DNA from: Thermodesulfobacteriota bacterium
Lineage (GTDB): Bacteria > Desulfobacterota > WTBG01 > JAGOGO01
Assembly (NCBI GenBank): GCA_026625185.1
Contig: CP113000.1
Location: 2,892,651-2,924,650 of the forward strand
DNA length: 32,000 bases
Direction: 5' to 3'
Position 1 is the first letter of the stretch, and every line of letters begins with the position of its first letter. Position numbers and translations under genes: made by a program. Shown here piece by piece: positions 7,616 through 14,802 of the stretch. Below the pieces are notes generated by a model. The model made no database searches and was not told the DNA's origin. It saw only the letters and a list, made by a program, of their open reading frames with translations.

Positions 7616-8692
7616 TCACAAAGGAGCATCCTCCAAGCGATAACCGCCATCTGCCTGAAGATGATAACCATATTTAACTCCCCCTGGATACGTAAGGTCG
7701 TCTTTTTTAATTAAACCGGCATATACTAAATCTTCCAAGCTGACTGGGTAGTTACCGGTTTTTAAAAAATAAACATTTAATGCGTTTTTAATCTTTTGGA
7801 ATTGGGTTTTGGCAAAGACCTTTTTATAAGAGGCAATATCATCGCTTAAAGAAGGAGACAAAAGTAATCGTAGCCATAGCATAAGCAAAACGATCAATAT
7901 GGGAAAAATCCCATAAAAAACATATTGCCAGCAATTTTTCTTTATTGGTGGTTTTAAATAAGGCTCCTTTTTGGTCGCAATTTTTTTAATAAAATGCCCC
8001 TCTAATAGGCTGTGCAATGCTTTTAAAGTATTGTATCTCCCCAATACACTCTGGTAAATAATATCTTGAGTAGTTTTTATCCCATCAACTAAACGATAAA
8101 TAATTTTTTCATTAAAAGTTAGCTCATCAATACCGGCCAAAGTTTTTTCATCCAGGGGATTTTTTTGAAAGACAATGCCGAAATGTGGTATTTTTTGGTA
8201 AAGTTCTGGTTCTTCATCTATCATTCGTAGAATATCAAGAAGGATATGCTCAGTAGCGATTATAGTGCTCAATCTCTTGTCATGCTCAATTTCTTTAAGA
8301 TTAAATTCATAATCTCCGGATTTCCATTGAAGAACATCATAGAGTGTCTCTACTAATAAATAATTGTTTATTTTTTGTATTTGGTTTATATTTAATAAAT
8401 TTATATCCAAGAAAACTTCTTCCAAGTTTTTTAAATTTTCATTATGTATTTCCAAGGCCCTTTGTAACTCTTCTTCAGTAACTAACCGAGCCTTGACCCC
8501 GGTATCTCCAAATGGATCCCTTTTCGGTGATAAATAAAAAGGGGATACCTTGGAAATCATGCCATTTGCAAAAATAACATCGGCCTTTTTCCCGCTGCTC
8601 TGAATCGTTAACACACCAGACCGTTGTTGTTGACTGATCAGCTGAAAAATCTCCACTAGGCCGAAGTCGTCAATTTTACCCTTTAAGGCCAC
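7616..8692 (-). CDS. PATAN/DUF4388 domain protein with one TM helix and a C-terminal GspG-like (pseudopilin-like) domain, 358 aa
   Basis: The N-terminus LKGKIDDFGLVEIFQLISQQQRSGVLTI...ADVIFANGMI is the DUF4388 signature. The TM helix is WQYVFYGIFPILIVLLMLWLRLLL (about residues 255-278). The tail AKTQFQKIKNALNVYFLKTGNYPVSLEDLVYAGLI...YGYHLQADGGYRL resembles the T2SS GspG C-terminal pattern (..Al..Y....G.YP.sL..Lv...yl......Y.Y......Y.L). The GTG start has an AAGGAAA RBS and overlaps the upstream gene by 10 nt. Confidence 0.75.
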   Translation of the reverse strand: MALKGKIDDFGLVEIFQLISQQQRSGVLTIQSSGKKADVIFANGMISKVSPFYLSPKRDPFGDTGVKARLVTEEELQRALEIHNENLKNLEEVFLDINLLNINQIQKINNYLLVETLYDVLQWKSGDYEFNLKEIEHDKRLSTIIATEHILLDILRMIDEEPELYQKIPHFGIVFQKNPLDEKTLAGIDELTFNEKIIYRLVDGIKTTQDIIYQSVLGRYNTLKALHSLLEGHFIKKIATKKEPYLKPPIKKNCWQYVFYGIFPILIVLLMLWLRLLLSPSLSDDIASYKKVFAKTQFQKIKNALNVYFLKTGNYPVSLEDLVYAGLIKKDDLTYPGGVKYGYHLQADGGYRLEDAPL

Positions 8693-10818
8693 GGGTTTTC
8701 CTTTTTAATGTTATTGCTCGTTTCCTGCTCTTCAGTTTGATCTTTTTGTTTTTGACTTCTCATCCGAAAGTCTTCCATGGTTTGCATAAAGTTTTTATTG
8801 GAAAGTTCTTTTTTTTGATAACTTTTATTTTTCACAAAGAAATAAAATAAAAGAAATAGTAAAGCAAAAAAAATAATCTTTAATAAAGAGCCTGAATAAT
8901 TCAACAAGAAAGGATCTTTCATGAACCCATTCCAAAATAATATTTTTACAATAAAACAAAAAAAAATAAAAACATATAATATTCCTATCCCAGTGAAGCC
9001 TAACCACAACTGGCCGCTCCCCGGCAACCCAAACGTTAAAAGTTTCCAAACTAACGTTTGACGCCTTTGATGTTTTTCCACTTCCTCAATCATTCTGCCA
9101 TTTACGTTTGCATCACGTTTAAGTTCTTGAATATAAATATTGACACAATGAGAGCAGAATTCGGAAACCATGCCTCCCTTACTCAAAAGCCTTCTTCTTT
9201 TCATGGGCCTTCCACATTGATGACACCGAGTTGATAAATTTTTTCCAACTTCCTGATGAAAAAGAAGAACAAAGATAAATAACGAAAGCAAAATAAAGAA
9301 AAAAATTCCATAGGCATAAGGTATTCCTTTGAAAAAAAGGGGCCACAAAGAATAAACCACTATCTTCTTTTCTTCCGAATTTTGGAATGCTCGATTCCAA
9401 AATTCTTTAAAACTGATGGTCTCGTCAATTATTATACGATTATAAGTAGTAGGACTATAAATTTTTTTTAAATGATAATCAATCAGCTGGGGGTCAAGCC
9501 TTCGGGCAATGAAGAGTTCTTCTCTTTTTTGCGCTTCTAAAAATTTATAAAGCTCAAGATATGTCCGATAAAGATTATAATGAAAAGAAGCTTTGTTATT
9601 AATTATACTAAGGGCCGTTTTATAGGCAGCTTCGGCCTGTTCCAATTTTCCTTGGGCAAAGTAAACATTCGACAGATTATTAATGCCTACTCCCGATGAC
9701 GGATTACTTTCCAAAAATGTCATGTAATATCTTTTAGCTTCTTCCAAGCTTCCCCATTTTTTTTTAATTAATCCTAACGTAAAAATAACATCCAAATCAA
9801 GCGGTTGTGTCTTTAGATAAGCCTCCAGTTCTTTTTCGGTTTCTTGTGACCAATCTTCATAATTAGCTTTGTAAAGCGAATCCAATAACCCTTCTTGATT
9901 TATGAGCACCATTGAAGCAGCAGTTTCAAAAGCCAAAGGTGATAAAACCAAAAGCAAGGCTATACTAAAAATAGCTTGTTTTTCTTTTTTGCTCGCATAC
10001 AACGCCAGAATAACCAGCCAGTAGCAAGCAATTAAAATAGGGCCGATGCCCAAGATAACTGGAAGAGTAACAACAATACCCGCCCATACATATCCCGGTA
10101 TAGCATAGGTCTTTTGGGAAAAAAAATCACCGCTATCTTTTGCTAATAAATTATAATGTTTGATAAGGAGAACAAAAGAAAACACAATGATAGTAAGGAA
10201 AAAAGCAAAGAAAAAAATAAAATAGGAATTGCCTGCTATTAGGGCAAAGGTTTTAAAATTTTTAAAAGCAATCAGATCACCTTTTAAGTATTCTCCAATA
10301 ACTCGAAAAAAGTTAAGTTTGTTTTCTTCTCCGTAGGCCTGAGCTAAAGCCCACGATGGTTGGGGAAAATCAGGGGCGATTTTTTTTGCTGCTTTAGCAA
10401 GGCGAACAGCCTCAGAAGCTTCCCCGCTTCGAATCAATTTCTGAGACTCATTAACCAAAAAACACGCAACGGTTGTAAAATTTTTTATCCCATTATTCAA
10501 TTGGTACTCATGAATTGAATTCAAAGTAATGTCATCCAATTTTATGTTACCGGGAACGATTGTTTTTATGAAATTAGATAAAAAAGGATATTGAGTAAAA
10601 GGAAGGGAAAAGTCTTCTTCGAGGTTCTGCGGGGCTATTGTTTCTGAAGGTTTAGTCGTTTGCTCTTGTTTTGAAGAAACATCTTCCAATGGCTGAAAAG
10701 GTAAAACGTTTTGTTGGGAATACGCAAAAAAAGGCAAGGAGGAAAATAAGGAGAGTAAAAAAAATAGAAAGAAGTAAAAAGTCCTCTTCAAAACGACTAA
10801 TCTTTTATGCATAGTCAA
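8683..10818 (-). CDS. Polytopic membrane protein with TPR-like repeats and an internal CxxC...CxxC zinc ribbon, about 710 aa
   Basis: It has an N-terminal signal-like segment (FYFFLFFLLSLFSSLPFFAYSQ) and several hydrophobic helix clusters. TPR-like stretches include EAKRYYMTFLESNPSSGVGINNLSNVYFAQGKLEQAEAAYKTALSI. The zinc-ribbon motif is CHQCGRPMKRRRLLSKGGMVSEFCSHCV, and the C-terminal tail is charged. The start could be TTG 10818 or ATG 10812. Confidence 0.7.
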   Translation of the reverse strand: MTMHKRLVVLKRTFYFFLFFLLSLFSSLPFFAYSQQNVLPFQPLEDVSSKQEQTTKPSETIAPQNLEEDFSLPFTQYPFLSNFIKTIVPGNIKLDDITLNSIHEYQLNNGIKNFTTVACFLVNESQKLIRSGEASEAVRLAKAAKKIAPDFPQPSWALAQAYGEENKLNFFRVIGEYLKGDLIAFKNFKTFALIAGNSYFIFFFAFFLTIIVFSFVLLIKHYNLLAKDSGDFFSQKTYAIPGYVWAGIVVTLPVILGIGPILIACYWLVILALYASKKEKQAIFSIALLLVLSPLAFETAASMVLINQEGLLDSLYKANYEDWSQETEKELEAYLKTQPLDLDVIFTLGLIKKKWGSLEEAKRYYMTFLESNPSSGVGINNLSNVYFAQGKLEQAEAAYKTALSIINNKASFHYNLYRTYLELYKFLEAQKREELFIARRLDPQLIDYHLKKIYSPTTYNRIIIDETISFKEFWNRAFQNSEEKKIVVYSLWPLFFKGIPYAYGIFFFILLSLFIFVLLFHQEVGKNLSTRCHQCGRPMKRRRLLSKGGMVSEFCSHCVNIYIQELKRDANVNGRMIEEVEKHQRRQTLVWKLLTFGLPGSGQLWLGFTGIGILYVFIFFCFIVKILFWNGFMKDPFLLNYSGSLLKIIFFALLFLLFYFFVKNKSYQKKELSNKNFMQTMEDFRMRSQKQKDQTEEQETSNNIKKENPWP

Positions 10819-10822
10819 ATTA

Positions 10823-10838
10823 CTCCCGTTGTCGGGAG
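10823..10838 (-). promoter_or_regulatory. GC-rich intercistronic stem-loop that includes the Shine-Dalgarno of the downstream membrane-protein gene
   Basis: On the minus strand the sequence reads CTCCCG-acaa-CGGGAG, a perfect 6-bp stem with a 4-nt loop. The 3' arm GGGAG is the only SD-like sequence ahead of the TTG 10818 / ATG 10812 start. Confidence 0.4.
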
Positions 10839-10848
10839 ATGTAGTTCA

Positions 10849-12273
10849 TCAAATAAGCTCTTCTAAATGTATGGTAATAGTAAGTTTTGCCTTTTTTTGA
10901 ACATCGCTTAATTGAAGGGTTAAAGGTAATTTTATTGAAGCGGGTAAAATTTTTTCCGGGGCACCACAGCTAATAATTTCAATTCCACCCGTTGTTGATG
11001 GCGCTTTGGGAACGCTATTTGTTAAATCTTCCCTTTGGACTGATTGCGCTTCATCTATAAACTCTTTATCACCTTGAGATGTTACCGCAGCTTCATCAGT
11101 TTCAAGCTCAATCCATTCCGGAGAGTCTTCGAGATCTAAAGGTATCTCTTCAATGTCCGTTTTATTTTCTTCAACTTCAAATTCAGTAGTTCCTTGCGTT
11201 TCTAATAATATACCTTGGTCTTCTTCCTTGGAGCCCATTAAATCAATCTCGTCCGCAAATTTTTCTTTGGCTTCTTCACGTTTGAAATATGGTTCGTCTG
11301 AAATCGGTATGTCATCCGTTATGCCATTGAACTCAAATCCTTCTTCCGATACATCAAGTTCATTTCCAAAATCTTCCTCGGTAAACTCTTGATCAATTGC
11401 CTCGGTTTCCCCAGTGGCAAGGACATTTTCACTGTCAAAATTTTCTGGCCCCTTTGTTGTCTTTAAATCCACGGGCTCTGATTGAGCTGTTGCTTGCTCC
11501 TTTTGTTTTAATAATCTATCGATGGTCGCACGCCTTTCAGCTCGAAGTCTTTCAATGTCAAAGACCTTTTCCTCCGATTCCAATTCAATGAAAGATTCCA
11601 CATCACTTTTTGGTAAAGGGGGTGGAGTTTTAGTGGTATCCGGAGTTAAAGGTGCTGAACGGGTTGGTGGCTTTACTTTTGGTTTTTTAGAAGAATCCTC
11701 TAGGCTTTCTAAAACTGCTTTACTTATATCGGTAAGGGTTTCCATCACCCCTTTTCCGTTTAAACCTACTGATTCAATGACAGGAAGGTTGCGTCGGTTT
11801 AACTTTGAGTTTAAAGTTTGAATACTGGAAATTTTTTTTAAATCTCTTTTATTGTATTGAAGAATCATCGGGATATCATCAATTTTTTTCCCATAATAAA
11901 GAAGATTTTTTTCCAAGTCTTCCAAACTTTCAATGTTCTCCGCCAATTTTTCTTCTTGTGAATCGGCCACGAAGACAATTCCATCGACCCCGGTTAAAAC
12001 TGCTCTCCGAGTTGAAACATAGTAAACTTGACCAGGAACTGTATATAGGTGAATTCGAACATTAAATCCTTTTATCATCCCAAGGTCCAAAGGAAGAAAA
12101 TCAAAAAAAAGTGTTCTGTCGTCTTTTGTGGCCAGAGAAATAAGATTACCTCTCTGTTTCGGATTTAACCGGTTATGGATAAAATGAAGGTTAGTAGTTT
12201 TACCACCAGCAGCGGGACCATAATAAACTATCTTGGCTCCAATTTCCCTTTTCGAGGGGTTAAACACAACCAT
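10849..12273 (-). CDS. MglA-like Ras-superfamily GTPase with a ~280-aa Pro-rich/acidic C-terminal extension, 474 aa
   Basis: The G domain occupies about residues 1-192. Motifs are KIVYYGPAAGGKTTNL (P-loop), DRTLFFDFLP (switch I), LYTVPGQVYY (the MglA-specific PGQ in place of DxxGQ) and QYNKRDL (G4). Overall it runs closely parallel to Myxococcus MglA as I recall that sequence. The tail (nt 10852-11697) is PPTRSAPLTPDTTKTPPPLP followed by long D/E-rich low complexity, ending in a short beta-looking module (IKLPLTLQLSDVQKKAKLTITIHLEELI). Confidence 0.85.
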   Translation of the reverse strand: MVVFNPSKREIGAKIVYYGPAAGGKTTNLHFIHNRLNPKQRGNLISLATKDDRTLFFDFLPLDLGMIKGFNVRIHLYTVPGQVYYVSTRRAVLTGVDGIVFVADSQEEKLAENIESLEDLEKNLLYYGKKIDDIPMILQYNKRDLKKISSIQTLNSKLNRRNLPVIESVGLNGKGVMETLTDISKAVLESLEDSSKKPKVKPPTRSAPLTPDTTKTPPPLPKSDVESFIELESEEKVFDIERLRAERRATIDRLLKQKEQATAQSEPVDLKTTKGPENFDSENVLATGETEAIDQEFTEEDFGNELDVSEEGFEFNGITDDIPISDEPYFKREEAKEKFADEIDLMGSKEEDQGILLETQGTTEFEVEENKTDIEEIPLDLEDSPEWIELETDEAAVTSQGDKEFIDEAQSVQREDLTNSVPKAPSTTGGIEIISCGAPEKILPASIKLPLTLQLSDVQKKAKLTITIHLEELI

Positions 12274-12279
12274 TAGTTT

Positions 12280-13362
12280 TTATCCTTTCGATAATTCCTC
12301 TAAAATTTTTTTTGTGTTCTTGTAACTTGGATTAACTTTTTGGATATCTTTAAATACCTCGAGAGCTTTTTTTGACTCCTCCATCTTCGCATAGGTTAAA
12401 CCTAGCTCATAATTCAATTCTAAAAACTCTCTTTGAGAAATAAAATTGCTTTTTAAACCACTTTTAGCCGCATTAATAGCATGTTTATACATCTCTTTTT
12501 CTCGAAAACAGGTAACTAAACGCCGGAAACAATCATTTTTAATGTCCTGATCATCTAACGCTTTTTTAAATTCCTCGATTGCATCGTCAATCCTATCCAT
12601 TTGTTGATATGCTATTCCAAGTTCATAATGAAGTCTAAAGGCTTCTTCCTTGGGTTTTTCTGCAATACCTTTTATGATGCCTTCAAAGACTTTATTCACC
12701 TCCATTGAGGACTCATCTTTGGCTATTTCAGTTTTATCTGTTGATATGATTAATTCCTCACCATCGTTTAACCGAGATCCCAGATCAAAATAGCCTTTTT
12801 CACTCAACCCTTCTGGCGAAGGGACCATCTTTATATGCTCGGGTTGTTTTTCCCCAACTTCGATTAATTCTTCTTCACCATCTTGTTTATTATGAGAAAC
12901 CTTCTTTAATGACACAAAAAATTTATTCGCTTTTTCTCTAATAAATCGATTCGAGGGGTCAAGGTTGATCATCCTTTCAATTATATTTCTGACTTCAAAA
13001 GGTTTTCCTGAAATCAGAAGATACTGCGCCAATTTCTCATAGGTAGCAGCCGCATCACCTATAAAACCAAGCTTTTGATAAAGCTCAGCAAGCGTTAAAT
13101 AGACATTTACCAAAGTTGGGTCAAGAGAAAGCACTGTCTTGTAAATTGACATTGTCAATTGGTAAAGTTCTTCCTTGGCATAGGTTTCAGCAGAATAAAG
13201 ATATTCTTTTACGGCTTCCTCTTTTTTCCCTTTCTTTAAATACAAGTCAGCTATTTTCATATGAACCCCAATATTATCAGGTTCATTTTTAGCTAGTTGC
13301 AGATATTCATCAAGGGTTTTTTCACCGGATTTTTTTTTCATTAAAAAAGATAAAAACTTCAC
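12280..13362 (-). CDS. TPR repeat protein, 360 aa. First gene of the GTPase operon.
   Basis: Repeated TPR-like helical pairs are present (ADLYLKKGKKEEAVKEYLYSAETY, LAELYQKLGFIGDAAATYEKLAQY, LGIAYQQMDRIDDAIEEFKKAL, LGLTYAKMEESKKALEVFKDIQKVNP). The GTG start at 13362 has a GGAGAA RBS 9 nt upstream. The stop lies 6 nt before the GTPase start. Confidence 0.8.
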   Translation of the reverse strand: MKFLSFLMKKKSGEKTLDEYLQLAKNEPDNIGVHMKIADLYLKKGKKEEAVKEYLYSAETYAKEELYQLTMSIYKTVLSLDPTLVNVYLTLAELYQKLGFIGDAAATYEKLAQYLLISGKPFEVRNIIERMINLDPSNRFIREKANKFFVSLKKVSHNKQDGEEELIEVGEKQPEHIKMVPSPEGLSEKGYFDLGSRLNDGEELIISTDKTEIAKDESSMEVNKVFEGIIKGIAEKPKEEAFRLHYELGIAYQQMDRIDDAIEEFKKALDDQDIKNDCFRRLVTCFREKEMYKHAINAAKSGLKSNFISQREFLELNYELGLTYAKMEESKKALEVFKDIQKVNPSYKNTKKILEELSKG

Positions 13363-13662
13363 TCTTAATTTTTCTCCGATCTCAGAAAAATCTCTTATAT
13401 TTTTTAGCCAGTTTGTAATATATTTAATTTTTAAGTATACGTTTTTAAAAATAATACTATAAAATTTAAACTATTTCAAAAAAACATAAAATATCAGATA
13501 ATTTATCTGGTTATCTTTAAAACTTTTTTATACCACAAGATATATTTAAAATAAACTTTTTTTGTTCTTAGGATTATGATTTTAGATAAATCGCATAATT
13601 TTTAAATTTCAAATCACTTCCTAATCATTTATATTGACATAATATTTATTCTCAATTATTTA

Positions 13663-13698
13663 AAATATTAGGAAAAATTAAAATATTAGGAAAAATTA
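13663..13698. repeat. Perfect 18-bp tandem duplication (AAATATTAGGAAAAATTA x2) in the divergent promoter region
   Basis: Read directly: 13663-13680 is identical to 13681-13698, followed by a partial third unit (AAA). It lies in the 541-bp AT-rich gap between the GTPase operon and the PP2C gene. Confidence 0.9.
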
Positions 13699-13903
13699 AA
13701 ACCAAATTAATTTTTTAAAAATCATTTACATCTTTCCCCCCAGGGCTAACTTAAAAAAAATAAAAAAATACCAATGTAATTTTTACATGATTTCTCAGGT
13801 AATTACAGCCTTCAAAGAGTTCCAAACAAACATTCACGCTCTTTCAAATTCAACGGAAATTTTTTCCGTTTTTTTTTACTACCTATTGTAATAATTAAAA
13901 AAT

Positions 13904-14737
13904 ATGAAAGTTTCATTCTCCGCAAAATCTGACTTGGGTCTCAAAAGGAAAATTAATGAGGACAGCTTCTTAGCCGATAAAGATATGGGTCTTTTTTTGA
14001 TATTAGATGGTATTGGCGGCCACTTGGCAGGTGAAGTGGCAAGTAAATTAGGTCTTAACACCATAAAAGAAAATGTTATGCGATCTTTAACCAATAAATG
14101 GTTAACAGAGAGCCAAAATTTATCCCGAGAAGTAGAGATTCTCAATGAAAGCCTTGTGTTGGCTAATAATGTTATCTATGAAGCAGCTAACTCAAAACCT
14201 GAATACTTCGGGATGGGCACAACGGTAGCTTCACTTCTTTTAGGGTGTGAAAATATCGCCATTGCTCATGTTGGAGATAGCCGAATCTACCTTATCCGAG
14301 AAAATTCTATTGAAAGACTTACTGAAGACCATTCCTTAGTCGTGGAGCAGCTTAAAAGAGGTATTATTAGCGAAGAAGAAGCAAAAAAGTCAGGAATGAA
14401 AAACGTAATTACACGAGCCTTGGGAGCAGAAGAATTATTGACTCCCACGGTAAATGAACTTATCCCTTTTAATAACGACTTATTCCTTATTTGCTCTGAT
14501 GGACTCACCGACCTCGTTACCGATGATGAAATTCTTGAAATTATTTTAAAAAGTCGTCACCTTTTAGATAATGCTGTCCAAAATCTCATTGATAAGGCAA
14601 ATGAAAAAGGAGGAAAGGATAATATTACCGTTATCTTAATTAGTATTAAATGTCGTTGCAAAAAAAAATTGACCCAATATTTGTTTTCGGCTCTTGACAG
14701 GGTTTTTTCATGGTTGCATCTGAAAATGATTGACTAA
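13904..14737 (+). CDS. PP2C-family Ser/Thr protein phosphatase (Stp/PrpC-like), 277 aa
   Basis: SDLGLKRKINEDSF, FLILDGIGGHLAGEVAS, GMGTTVASLL, AHVGDSRIYLIR, LTEDHS, ICSDGLTD and GGKDNITVILI are the PPM metal-binding and core motifs. Confidence 0.9.
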   Translation: MKVSFSAKSDLGLKRKINEDSFLADKDMGLFLILDGIGGHLAGEVASKLGLNTIKENVMRSLTNKWLTESQNLSREVEILNESLVLANNVIYEAANSKPEYFGMGTTVASLLLGCENIAIAHVGDSRIYLIRENSIERLTEDHSLVVEQLKRGIISEEEAKKSGMKNVITRALGAEELLTPTVNELIPFNNDLFLICSDGLTDLVTDDEILEIILKSRHLLDNAVQNLIDKANEKGGKDNITVILISIKCRCKKKLTQYLFSALDRVFSWLHLKMID

Positions 14738-14802
14738 AAACAAAAAAAGGTTTATGAAATGGTCTAATTAAGGCTTACCAAGCATTTGGAGGATTTTTAT
14801 CT

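Noticed and set aside
8825-9400. Minus-strand track ORFs 8825..9049 and 9179..9400
   Set aside because: They are alternative frames nested inside the 711-aa membrane-protein gene and have phenylalanine/leucine-rich nonsense composition.
11153-12065. Plus-strand track ORFs 11153..11392, 11397..11591, 11522..11821 and 11805..12065
   Set aside because: They are antisense shadows of the GTPase gene. The acidic GAA/GAT-rich tail produces long Ser/Phe-rich open frames on the opposite strand.
13634-13662. Sigma-70-like promoter: TTGACA (13634-13639), a 17-nt spacer, then TATTTA (13657-13662), facing the PP2C gene
   Set aside because: The -10 matches consensus at only 3 of 6 positions, and the surrounding DNA is so AT-rich that many equally good hexamers exist. 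It cannot be supported without transcription-start data.
13663-13698. Whether the 18-bp tandem repeat is a CRISPR array or minisatellite
   Set aside because: There are only two contiguous copies with no spacers, the units are too short, and no cas genes are present. It is a simple tandem duplication.
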